Shown here piece after piece: positions 34,561 to 47,768 of a stretch of 64,000 nt of DNA. The number at the start of each line of letters is the position of its first letter. The stretch's first letter is position 1. The notes under the pieces are model-generated. The model saw only the letters and a program-made list of their open reading frames with translations, was not told the origin of the DNA and did no database searches. Both the position numbers and the translations under genes were made by a program. Where the stretch lies: positions 544,001 through 608,000 of the forward strand of contig CAWEYL010000001.1 in NCBI GenBank assembly GCA_963813335.1. The letters are read 5' to 3'. The DNA is from an uncultured Chloroflexia bacterium (lineage in GTDB: Bacteria; Chloroflexota; Limnocylindria; Limnocylindrales; CSP1-4).

Positions 34561-37500
34561 GTGACGACCCTCGCCCCGAACGACTTCACGCACCTCCACG
34601 TGCACTCCGAGTTCAGCCTGCTCGACGGGCTGGGGCGGATCACGGACCTGGTCGACGCGGCGGCCCACCAGGGCATGGATTCGATGGCGCTGACCGACCA
34701 CGGGGCGCTCTACGGCGCCGTCGCGTTCTACCAGGCGGCGAAGACCAAGGGCATCAAGCCGATCATCGGCATCGAGACCTACGTCGCCCGCCGCTCGATG
34801 ACCGACAAGGAGGGCAAGGCCGACAGCCAGCCCTTCCACCTGATCCTCCTCGCCCAGGACTGGCAGGGCTACCAGAACCTCTGCCGGCTCGCGACCGACG
34901 CCCACCTCGACGGCTACTACTACAAGCCGCGCATCGACCGCGACCATCTCGCCAAGCACAGCGCCGGACTGATCGGGCTGTCGGCCTGCCTGAGCGGCGA
35001 GGTCGCCAAGGCCCTCGAGGTCGATGACTGGGAGCTCGCCCGGACCGTCGCGGGCCAGTACGGCGACATCTTCGGCAAGGACCGCTTCTTCCTCGAGCTC
35101 CAGGACCACGGCCTGCCCGAGCAGCGGCGGCTCAACGAGCAGCTGCTCCGACTCGCCCCCGAGGCCGGGCTGCCGCTGGTCGTCACCAACGACCTCCACT
35201 ACGTCCGCCAGGACCAGTCCGAGGCGCACGACGTGCTGCTCTGCGTGGGCACCGGCAACAACCTCGACACGCCCAACCGCATGAAGTTCGACAGCGCCGA
35301 GTTCTACGTGAAGTCGGCGGCGCAGATGGCGGCGCTCTTCCCGGACCACCTCGACGCGATCCGCAACAGCCGGCGCATCGCCGAGATGACCGACCTCTCG
35401 CTGCCGCTCGGCCAGTTGCGCATCCCGCACTTCCCGGTGCCTGACGGGTTCACCACCGAGACCTGGCTTCGCGCCGAGTGCCAGCGCGGCCTCGAGCGCC
35501 GCTACGGGACGGTCACGCCGGCGCTCCAGGAGCGGCTCGACTACGAGCTGGGCGTGATCCTCTCGATGGGCTACGCCGGCTACTTCCTCATCGTGGCCGA
35601 CTTCATCGCGTTCGCCCGCGAGCAGGGGATCCAGACGACCTGCCGGGGCAGCGCGCCGGGCAGCATCGTGACCTACACGCTCGGCATCACGCCGGTGGAC
35701 CCGATCCTCTACCAGCTGCCGTTCGAGCGCTTCCTCAACCCGGACCGCGTGACGATGCCCGACATCGACGTGGACTTCGAGGACGGCCGCCGCGATGAGG
35801 TCATCGCCTACGTCGGGCGCAAGTACGGCCAGGACCACGTCGCCCAGATCATCACGTTCGGCACGATGCTGGCCCGGGCCGCCATCCGCGACGTCGGCCG
35901 CGTCCTCGGGCAACACCTACGGCGAGGTGGACCGGATCGCCAAGGCGATCCCGAACCAGCTCGGCATCCGGCTCGACGAGGCGCTCGCAGGTCGCGCCCG
36001 CGCTGCGCGAGCAGGTCGATGCCGACCCGGGGGTCAAGCGGATCATCGACTTCGCCCGCCAGCTCGAGGGCGTGGCGCGGAACGCCTCGACCCATGCCGC
36101 CGGCGTCGTCATCAGCCGCGAGCCGCTGACCGAGCTGATGCCGCTCCAGAAGGCGACCAACTCGGACGGGCTGATGACCCAGTACGAGATGCACGCGATC
36201 GAGGCGCTCGGGCTGCTCAAGTTCGACTTCCTCGGGCTCTCGAACCTGACGATCCTGCGCCAGGCGGTCGACATCGTCCGCGCCGAGCGCGGCACCGTCA
36301 TCGACCTCGACGAGATCCCGCTCGACGACGCGACGACCTTCGAGCTGCTCGCCTCCGGCGAGACGACCGGCATCTTCCAGCTGGAGTCGGCGGGGATGCG
36401 CCGCTACATCCGCGAGCTCCGGCCGACGTCGGTCTACGACCTGGCCGCCATGGTCGCGCTCTACCGGCCCGGCCCGATGGACAACATCCCCGCCTACATC
36501 CGGCGCAAGCACGGGCAGGAGCCGGTGACCTACCTCCACCCGCTCCTCGAGCCGTACCTGGAGAAGACCTACGGGATCTTCGTCTACCAGGAGGACATCA
36601 TGTCCGCGGCCATGGCCCTCGGCGGGTTCACCGGCCCGGAGGCGGACACGCTCGGCTACGCGATCCGCAAGAAGAAGTCCGCGGTGCTGCGCGCCCAGAA
36701 GGAGAAGTTCGTCACCCAGGCCGCCGAGCGGGGGGTCGCGCCGGCGGTGATCGACGCGGTCTTCACCGCCTTCGAGCCGTTCGAGCGCTACGGGTTCAAC
36801 AAGGCGCACGCCACCTGCTACGGCCTGATCGCCTACCAGACGGCGTACCTCAAGGCGAACTACACGGTCGAGTACATGACGGCGGTCCTCACCGCATTCC
36901 GCTCGAACGAGGAGAAGGTGGCCGCCGCGGTCGCCGAATGCCGGCGGATGGGCATCGAGGTCCTGCCGCCCGACGTCGTGACCAGCCATCTCGAGTTCAC
37001 GGTCGAGGGCGACGCGATCCGCTTCGGCCTGCTGGCGGTCAAGAACGTCGGCCAGGGCGCCATCGAATCGATCATCGCGGCGCGCGAGGAGGGCGGGCCG
37101 TTCCGCTCGCTGACCGACTTCTGCACCCGCATCGACCTGCGGCTGTGCAACCGCAAGGTGCTCGAGGCGCTGATCAAGGTCGGCGCGCTCGACTCGATGG
37201 GCCACGCGGCCCAGCTCCTGCTCGGGCTCGACGACGCGATCGGCGCGGCCCAGGCGACCCAGCGCGACCGGATCACCGGCCAGACGTCCCTCTTCGACAT
37301 GACGGTGGCCGACGCCGAGGTCTTCGAGCGGCCGCTGCCCGTCGCCACCGAGGTCCCGATGCGGGAGCGGCTGCGCTGGGAGAAGGAGCTCCTCGGGCTG
37401 TACCTCTCGGAGCACCCGATGGGCGAGGTCGCCGAGCAGGTCGGGCGGTACGTCAACGCCTACTCGGGCGACCTCAAGGACGAGTCGCTCGACGGCCAGC

Positions 37501-38419
37501 GGATCGTCGTCGGCGGGATCGTCACCGGCGTCCGGACGGTCGTCACCAAGCGCAACGACACGATGGCGATCGTGACCATCGAGGACCTCCAGGGGACGAT
37601 CGAGGTGGTCGTCTTCCCGCGCCTCTACGAGACCAGCCGCGCCGACCTGGCGCGACGGCGCGATCCTGCTCATCGCCGGCCGCGTCGACCATCGCGGCGA
37701 GGAGGCCTCGGTGCTCGCGGACCTCGTGCAGGACTGGGACGAGGCGGTCACGCTGGGTCCCGAGGCGTTCGCCCGGGACGTCGCCGCGGGCGACCGTGGC
37801 TCGCGTGGCCGGGCCGGCCAACGGCCGAAACGGGAACGGGAACGGCAACGGCGCGCCACGGCCCATGGTGGCCGTCGGCCCTGGCGCCGCGGCGGTGCCG
37901 GTCGTCGCCGGCGTCGGCGTGGAGCCGCCCGCCGTCGCGTTCGTCTCGCCGCTCCGGGTCGACATGGCGCCGCCGATGTCAGGGGCGTCCGGGATCTCCG
38001 CGCTGCCGCCGATCGCCCCGGCCGAACCGGTCTCCGCCTACGTCGAGGCCGACAGTGTCGCGGCGCTCGCCCCCGACCGCGACCAGGAGCCCGCGGTGCC
38101 CGACGAGGCCCGCGAGCGCATCGTGGCCGCCGCGACCGACGACGCGCCGCTCGACGCCGGTCCGGACTCGATCCTGCACGTGCGGTTCGCGGGGTCGGCC
38201 GGCTCGGAGCGCGTGGTCTCCGCGATGGAGCTGGTCAAGACGCTGTTGCGCGACCGACCCGGTGCCACGCGCGTGGTGATCCACGTTCCGGCGAGCGGGG
38301 CGGGGGAGGCCCTCCCCATGGAGCTGCGGCGGGGCGTCGCCTACGACGCCGAGCTGCTCGCGGAAGTGCACCGCCGCCTGGGCGACGGCCTGGTGGAGCT
38401 GCGCCTGGCCCAGGCCTGA
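34561..38419 (+). CDS. dnaE: DNA polymerase III alpha subunit (several frameshifts)
   Basis: PHP HLHVHSEFSLLDG, RGSAPGS, MPDIDVDF, HAAGVVI, LLKFDFLGL, YGFNKAH, OB fold. Confidence 0.96.
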
Positions 38420-38434
38420 CGGCCCGGACTCCGC

Positions 38435-39007
38435 CTACTGGGTCCCGGCGACCCGCCGGACTTCCTGGACCGCCGAGAGGTTCTCGTGGTAGTCGGCGCG
38501 GACCGCGTTGACGGTCGCCGGGTCGAGGTCGAGCTCGCGGGCGATCTCGTTGAGGACCACGTTCTCCTCCGCGGAGATCGTGTCGTTGACGGCGGTGATC
38601 GCGAAGCACGCCCGCAGGACGGCGATCCGCTGCGGCTCGGTGGCAAGGTTGCGGAACTCGCGGGTCACGACGTAGTCCTCGGTGCTCCCGACGGTCCTCG
38701 CCTGGAGCTTGGCCATCTCGGCCACCAGGATCGAGGTCGGCTCGTCGATGGCGTCGTGCGCCTGGAGCTCGGCCTCGATCGCCGCGGTCTCCTCGTCGCT
38801 GATCACGAGGTCGGCGTTCGCGGCGCGGGCCAGCGTGTACGCCGCCGACGCGACGAGGCGGGCCTGGTCCGCGGGCATCGCCTCGAGGCGGGCGACGATG
38901 CGGCGCACGGTCTCGGTCTCGCCGGCCGTCGTCGGGGCGCTCTGGAGCGCCGTCTCGGCCTGCACGGCCGCCTGCGCCTTGTCGGCGCCGAAGATGCGTC
39001 GGAACAT
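38435..39007 (-). CDS. TerB-family protein
   Basis: Two ARAANADLVISDEE / AITAVNDTISAEE TerB-like motifs. Confidence 0.75.
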   Translation of the reverse strand: MFRRIFGADKAQAAVQAETALQSAPTTAGETETVRRIVARLEAMPADQARLVASAAYTLARAANADLVISDEETAAIEAELQAHDAIDEPTSILVAEMAKLQARTVGSTEDYVVTREFRNLATEPQRIAVLRACFAITAVNDTISAEENVVLNEIARELDLDPATVNAVRADYHENLSAVQEVRRVAGTQ

Positions 39008-39083
39008 GGATCCCTCGGGTCGGATGGGTGTTGGCTGTCGAGGGGAGGATGTCACAGGTGGCGCGGCGTGTCCCGCCGACGCC

Positions 39084-39531
39084 CTACCGCTTCAGGATGT
39101 CGGACACGTCGGGCTCCGGACCGCGCCAGCGGACCACCTCCTCGGTCGCGAAGCGCCCGTAGTAGTTGACGAAGTGCGCCTCGTGGCGCTCGAGGATCGG
39201 ACTGCGCGGCCGCCTTGGGCGCGTCGCCGCGCACGCGGACCATGACGACCGCCCGGCCGTCGCGCAGCGCCCACTCGTACCAGGCGAAATCGACGAGCTG
39301 GTCCATCAAGGTGAATTCCAGCGCCCGCCGGAGGCGGCCGATCAGGCCGGACACGCTGCCGGTCCCGTCCATCCGGTCCGCGCCCGCCTCGCCTCGCAGC
39401 ACCTCGAGGTCCTTCGTCGCGATCCCGCTCGCCTTCAGCTCGGCCATCGCCGCGGCGGCCGCGGTCGGATCGTCGATGACGGCGAGCAGGCGGTTCGTGG
39501 GGTAGTCGATCGAGCGTCCGGTGGACGTCAC
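39084..39531 (-). CDS. Hypothetical protein (frameshift near 39200)
   Basis: YPTNRLLAVIDDP...ALRDGRAVVMV, then ILERHEAHFVNYYGRFATEE in a shifted frame. Confidence 0.65.
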
Positions 39532-39558
39532 GGGTGGATCCTCGGGTGCCGGCGGGCG

Positions 39559-39645
39559 TGGTCCCGGAGGAGGGAGTCGAACCCTCATGCCCTTGCGGGC
39601 GGCCGATTTTGAGTCGGCTGCGTATGCCATTCCGCCACTCCGGGC
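39559..39645 (-). tRNA. tRNA-Leu(CAA)
   Basis: GCCCGGAGTGGCGGAATGGCATACGCA-GCCGA-CTCAAAA-TCGGC, long variable arm, GGTTCGACTCC, CCA end; TACACT -10 upstream; acceptor 3' strand appears one base short. Confidence 0.93.
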
Positions 39646-39676
39646 TGGCCCGCAGTGTAGGCGAGCGGCCGCCGTC

Positions 39677-39702
39677 GGAACCCCGGATGCGAGCGACGCG
39701 TC
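39677..39702 (+). promoter_or_regulatory. Putative ECF autoregulatory promoter GGAAC-N17-CGTC
   Basis: Typical ECF motif directly upstream of the ECF sigma gene. Confidence 0.5.
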
Positions 39703-39765
39703 TCGCCCGGGACCGATGCTAGACTCGCCCAGCCTCAGAATCGCCGTCCGGAGGGACCCCCCGAT

Positions 39766-40375
39766 CGTGGAGGACCTTCGCTCGACCACGGTCTCCGACG
39801 ACCCCGTCCAGCGCCGCGACCTCATCCTGCTCGAGCAAGCCCGCGACGGGAACCTCGACGCGTTCAACGACCTCGTCACGCTCTACCAGGACCAGCTGTT
39901 CGCGCTCGTCGTGCGGATGGTGCCCGACCGCGACCAGGCCTCCGACTGCGTCCAGGAGGCGTTCTTCTCGGCCTTCCGCAACCTGCGCTCGTTCCGCGGC
40001 GGCAGCGTGAAGTCGTGGCTGAACCGGATCTGCGTCAACGCGGCGATGGACACGCAGCGGGCGCGCAAGCGCCGGCCGGTCCAGCCCTATCCGGAGCTCG
40101 ACGACGAGAGCTGGCAGCCCCCGACCGGTCCTGACGCCGATCCCGAGCGGACCGCCGTCGGCGCCGAGCGGACCCGGGCGCTGTCCGCGGCCCTCGCCAG
40201 CATCACCGACGACCAGCGGACGGCCATCGTGCTGTTCGACGTCGAGGGCTACGACTACGCCGAGATCGCCGCGATGACCAACGTGTCATTGGGCACGGTC
40301 AAGTCGCGCATCCACCGGGGCCGGCTGGCGCTGCGCGACCTGCTCGAGGACCGGATGGAGCTCTTCCGTGGTTGA
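39766..40375 (+). CDS. ECF sigma-70 factor
   Basis: DCVQEAF, FRGGSVKSWLNRI, EGYDYAEIA, GTVKSRIHRGR. Confidence 0.93.
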
Positions 40376-41444
40376 CGGCCACGCGGGCCACGACCTCGAG
40401 CTCGTCGCCAGCCTGCTCGACGGCGACCTCCGCCCCGAGGACCGCGCCCGCGCCGCCCGCCAGGTCGCGAGCTGCGCCGACTGCGCGGCGATCCAGCGGG
40501 ACCTCCTGGCGCTGTCCGCGGCCACGCAGGCGCTGCCGGCACCGGCCCGGACCCGCGACTTCCGGCTCACCGCCGCCGATGCGGCCCGCCTCGCGGCGGC
40601 GCCGCCGGAACCGGCCCCGTCGTCCGCCCGTCCTGTCGGTGACATGACAACGACCGACCACGCCACCCACGACCTCGAGCGGCTCTCCGCCGCCGTCGAC
40701 GGCACCCTCCCGGCCGCCGACCTCCCTGCCATCGACGCCCAGCTCGCGTCGTGCGCCGAATGCGCCGACCTCCACGCCGACCTCCTCGCGATCGTCGCGG
40801 CGAACCGCGCGCTCGCGACGCCACCCCGGCCGCGCGACTACCGGCTGACCGACGCCGACGCGAAGCGCCTCCAGCCCGGCGGGCTGCGTGGCTGGCTCGC
40901 CCGGGTCGGATCGCCGAAGGACCGCGTTTCGCGCCCGCTGGCCATCGGCCTGACGACGCTCGGGCTGGTCGGGGTGCTGGTGGGGACGGCGCCATCGCTG
41001 CTGCTGTTCGGCAGTGCCTCGTCGTCCGGTGCGTCGGCGGGCGCACCCACCCGCGACAACGCCGCTCAGGCCGGTGGCGACGTGGCCAGTGCCGCGCCGA
41101 GCGCCGCCGCCAGTGCGGCCGCGGCGGCCCCGGTTCCCGAAGGCGCATCGGAGCCGCCGGCCGCCGCCGTGGCGTCGTCCGCGCCGGTCAAGGTCCAGGT
41201 CGACGGCGCGTCCCCGGGTCAGCGCGATCCGAACGCGAGCGTCGGCAGCGACGCCCAGGCCGGCGCCGGGCAGCCGGACCTCGCCGCCCCGCCGGCCGGC
41301 AGCCCCACGTTCGAGACCCTGACCGCCGATCGGGCCAGCGACACCGGCCCGTCACTCGTCCTCGTGGCGTCGCTCGCGGCGCTGCTCGCCGGGATCGCCC
41401 TCTTCGTCCTCCGGCTCGGGGCGCGACGCGGCCGCGGCGTCTGA
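40368..41444 (+). CDS. Anti-sigma factor with duplicated zf-HC2-like domain and two TM segments
   Basis: Overlaps the sigma gene; two HDLE..S...DG.L...CxxC...RDF/YRLT units. Confidence 0.8.
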   Translation: MVDGHAGHDLELVASLLDGDLRPEDRARAARQVASCADCAAIQRDLLALSAATQALPAPARTRDFRLTAADAARLAAAPPEPAPSSARPVGDMTTTDHATHDLERLSAAVDGTLPAADLPAIDAQLASCAECADLHADLLAIVAANRALATPPRPRDYRLTDADAKRLQPGGLRGWLARVGSPKDRVSRPLAIGLTTLGLVGVLVGTAPSLLLFGSASSSGASAGAPTRDNAAQAGGDVASAAPSAAASAAAAAPVPEGASEPPAAAVASSAPVKVQVDGASPGQRDPNASVGSDAQAGAGQPDLAAPPAGSPTFETLTADRASDTGPSLVLVASLAALLAGIALFVLRLGARRGRGV

Positions 41445-41538
41445 TCGCCGGGCGACCGGGACGTCGCCCCGCTCGCGGCCACGGGTACACTGGACTCCCA
41501 CACCCTCGTCCCGTTCGGACCGACCCCGAGGCCTGCCG

Positions 41539-44498
41539 ATGGACCGCCTGATGCTGCTCGACGGCAACGGGCTCATCTACCGCGGATATTTCGCGCTCCC
41601 GCCGCTGACGACGTCGAAGGGCGAGCTCGTGAACGCGGTCTTCGGGTTCTGCAGCATCGTCCTGCGCGGGATCCAGGACATCCGCCCGGACTACGTCGCG
41701 GTCGCCTTCGACCTGCCCGGCCCGACCTTCCGCCACGAGCAGTACGCCGAGTACAAGGCCACCCGCCAGCGCATGCCGGACGACCTGCGCGACCAGTTCC
41801 CCAAGGTCCGCGAGGTCGTCAAGGCCCTGCGCATCCCGGTCTACGAGCTGGCCGGCTACGAGGCCGATGACGTCATCGGGACGATCACCGTCGACGCGGA
41901 ACGGCGCGGCCTCGACACGACGATCGTGACCGGCGACCTCGACATGCTCCAGCTGGTCACGGACCACACGCGCCTGATGACGACCCGGTCCGGCGTCGAG
42001 AACACGATCCTCTACGACCCGGCGAAGATCTTCGACCGCTTCGAGCTGGTGCCCGGGCCAGATGATCGACTACAAGGCCCTCAAGGGCGACCCGACCGAC
42101 AACATCCCGGGCGTGCCCGGCGTCGGCGAGAAGACCGCGGCGAAGCTGATCCGCGAGTTCGGCACGCTCGACGCGCTGTACGAGCGGATCGACGAGGTCA
42201 AGCCCGACAAGCTGCGCGAGAAGCTCGTCGAGCACCGCGAGTCGGTGTTCATGGGCCGCGACCTCTCGACGATCGTCCGCGACCTGCCCGGTCGAGTTCG
42301 ACCTCGAGGCGGCCCGCCTCGGCGACTACGACCGCGAGACCGTCATCCGGCTCTTCCGCGAGTACGAGTTCCGCTCGCTGATCGAGCGCCTGCCGGCGAT
42401 GACCGGCGAGACGGCCGGCGACGCGGCCGAGGCGCTGCGCAGCGTGGCATCCGACGGCTCGGTCCCGGCGGCCCGGGTCGCCGGCGCGGCCCGTCCCGCC
42501 GGCTGGGGTTCGGCCCGCCCGGTCGCGCCGCCGTCGGAAGGCGGCGGACTCCAGCTCTCGCTCGATTTCGATGCCGTCGCGCGGCCCGCCGCGCCCGCGG
42601 CTCCCGCGGTCGATGCCGCGGCCGAGGTCGCCGCCCAGCCGGCCCGCCCCGCCGTCGAGGTCGACCCGGGCGACCTGCCCACCGCGCTGGCCGCGGCGAT
42701 CGCCGACCCGAGCCGGATCGAGGTCCACGCGGGGCGAGGGGATCGCCGCCCTGGAGCCGTGGCTGGCCGCCCAGCCGGCCGTCGGCGTCGGGCTGCTGCT
42801 CGACGACCCGCGACCGCGGCGCGGCGCGCCGGTCGCCCTCGCGCTCGCGGGCGCGGACGGCCGGACGATCGCGGTGGAAGGCCCGGCGGACGCCGCGGCG
42901 CTGCGGCTCGCTGCTCGAACGGCTGGCCATCCCCGTCGTCGCCCACGAGGTCAAGCCGCTGCTCGTGGCCCGGATCGGCGACGACCTCGACGCGCCCGCC
43001 GACCCCGGTCGCGTTCGACACCCAGATCGCGGCGTACATCCTCAATGCGTCGCTGCGGAGCCAGTCCATCTCGGACGTCGTCGCGGAGCAGCTCGACCTG
43101 ATCCTGCCGCCGGTCGCGGAGCTCGACAACCTGGCCCGGGCCGGTCTCGAGGCGCTCTCCGCGATCGCCGTCCGCGAGCCGCTGGAGCGGCGCCTCCGCG
43201 ACGAGGGCCTCGACCGCCTGTACGCGGAGATCGAGCTGCCGCTGATCGCCGTCCTCGCGCGGATGGAGGCGACCGGCGTCGCACTCGACCTCGACGCGCT
43301 CGCATTGCTCGCCACGGAGTTCGGTGCCGAGATCTCCCGACTCGAGGCCGAGATCTACGCGGACGTCGGCCACGAGTTCAACCTCGGCAGCCCCAAGCAG
43401 CTCGAGCAGATCCTCTTCTACGAGCTGAACCTGCCGAAGGGCAAGCGGACGAAGACCGGGTACTCGACGGACGCCTCGGTGCTCGAGGACCTGCGCCCCG
43501 CCCACCCGATGATCGACAAGCTGCTCGAGTGGCGGACCTACACGAAGCTGCGCTCGACCTACGTCGAGGCGCTGCCGTCGCTGCTCGCGTCGGACGGGCG
43601 GCTGCACACGACCTTCCACCAGGCCGTGGCCGCCACCGGGCGGCTGTCCTCGTCGGATCCGAACCTCCAGAACATCCCGATCCGGACGCCGCTCGGGCGG
43701 CGCATCCGCCGGGCGTTCGTGGCCGGCGCGCCGGACCTCACGCTCGTGGCCGCCGACTACAGCCAGATCGAGCTGCGGATCCTCGCCCACGTGTCGGGAG
43801 ACGAGCACCTGCGCGACGCGTTCGCGCGTGGCGCCGACATCCACCGCGAGACGGCGGCCCGCGTGCTCCACAAGGACCCTGCGGACGTGACGCTCGGCGA
43901 GCGCTCGATGGCCAAGATGGTCAACTTCGGCATCGCCTACGGGATGAGCGACTTCGGGCTGTCGAGCCGGGCCAACATCCCGCGCGCCGAGGCGCAGGAC
44001 TTCATCAACACCTATTTCGCGACCTATTCCGGGATCTCCTACTACATGCTCGCGATCAAGGAGCAGGCGCGGACCCAGGGCTACGTCACGACGCTGCTCG
44101 GACGCAAGCGCCACATCCCCGAGCTGGCGGCGCGCAACCCGACGCTGCGCGCGGCGGGGGAGCGGATGGCCATCAACATGCCGATCCAGGGGACCGCGGC
44201 CGACATCGTCAAGATCGCGATGATCCGCCTCGACGAGCGACTGCGCGACGGCGGGTTCCGGGCGCGGCCGCTGCTCCAGGTCCACGACGAGCTGCTGCTC
44301 GAGGTGCCACGGGCCGAGGTCGACCGGCTCGTGCCGGTCCTCCGCGAGACGATGGAGAGCGCCCTCCCGCTCGACGTCCCGCTGACCGTCGACGTGAAGG
44401 TCGGCGACGACTGGGATTCGATGACGCCGCTGACGCGTGCCGACGCGATCGCGGCCGAGGCGGCCGAGGCGCCCGACATCGCGCTCCCGATCGCCTGA
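41539..44498 (+). CDS. polA: DNA polymerase I (several frameshifts)
   Basis: 5'-3' exonuclease LLDGNGLIYR, YEADD, DNIPGVPGVGEKTA; TGRLSSSDPNLQNIP, DYSQIELR, AKMVNFGIAYG, LQVHDEL. Confidence 0.97.
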
Positions 44499-44516
44499 CG
44501 CCGCGGATCGTCAGGG

Positions 44517-45565
44517 ATGCCCGAACTCCCGGAGGTCGAGACCGTCGTCCGCGACCTGCGACCCCACCTGGTCGGCGCCACGATCACCGGTGCCCGCAGC
44601 TCCTGGGGGCGGACGCTCAAGACGCATGACGGCGACGCATTCGCCGCGGCGATCGACGGGACGGCGCGTCGAAGGCGGTCAGCCGGCGCGCGAAGCAGAT
44701 CGTCGTCGAGCTGTCGGGCGACGCCGCGATGACCATCCATCTCAAGATGACCGGCCAGCTGTTCGTGGTGCCGGCCGGCGCCGCGGAGGACCCGTACATC
44801 CGGCTGGTCCTGGAGCTGGCCGACGGGCGCGAGCTGCGGTTCCGCGACATCCGCAAGTTCGGGAAGATCGGGCTGTACGGGCGCGACCCCGTCACCGGCG
44901 AGCTGGTCACGGAGGTCGGCGGTGCCGCGCTGTTCGCGCAGATCGGCCCGGAGCCGCTGGACCCGGCGTTCACGCTGCGCGACTTCCGGCGGCGCATCCG
45001 ACGCCGCTCCGGGCGGCTCAAGCCACTCCTCCTCGACCAGTCGTTCATCGCGGGCGTCGGCAACATCTACGCCGACGAGGCGCTGTGGCAGGCGCGGCTC
45101 CATCCGCTCCGCACGGCCCCGACCCTCCGGCCAGCGGACGAGCGGCACCTGTTCGACGCCGTCCGCTCGATCCTGACCGAGGCGGTCGAGCGCCGCGGCT
45201 CCTCGATCGACGACTACACGGCGCCGGACGGCGACGGCTCGATGCAGGAGCACCTCAACGTCTACCAGCGGACCGGCGAGCCGTGCCCGCGCTGCGGCCG
45301 GCCGATCAAGCGCATCGTCATCGGGGCGCGGAGCACCCACTTCTGCTCGTGGTGCCAGCGGCTGCCGGCGAGCGATCGCGCCGGCGCCAGGGCGATCCTG
45401 CGCGGGATGACCGGCGGCGTGCGGCGGACCGGCCCGCGCTGGTCGGACCTGACGGATCGGACGAAGCAGGCCGCGGCCACGCGGCGAGCGGCGGCACGGC
45501 GAGCGGCCGGATCCGCGCCGGGACTCTGCGGTCCCGCCGGTGCCCGCGACGGCTGGAAACCGCTG

Positions 45566-45566
<1 letters not shown>
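44517..45566 (+). CDS. mutM: Formamidopyrimidine-DNA glycosylase (frameshifted)
   Basis: MPELPEVE, HLKMTG, GVGNIYADE, zinc finger CPRC...CSWCQ. Confidence 0.95.
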
Positions 45567-47612
<2,046 letters not shown>

Positions 47613-47689
47613 CCGTCTCGCCGGGTGCGCCGGAGAACCGTCGGTACCAGTGGATCCTGCCGTTCGGGGGATGTCCGGGCGCCGCGCGA

Positions 47690-47705
47690 TAGTCCTACGG
47701 TCCTA
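47690..47705. promoter_or_regulatory. Imperfect palindrome TAGTCC-TACG-GTCCTA (putative transcription-factor site)
   Basis: 10 of 12 arm positions match the palindrome at 50474-50489; upstream of the GGDEF-EAL gene. Confidence 0.45.
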
Positions 47706-47768
47706 GTCGACCTGCCCGTGCGCGCTGATGCCGGGATCGGTCCGCTCGAATGGGGCGCTGGAAAGCCA

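Noticed and set aside
39559-39570. Abnormal tRNA acceptor stem
   Set aside because: One missing C would restore GCCCGGA/TCCGGGC, consistent with the indel error rate
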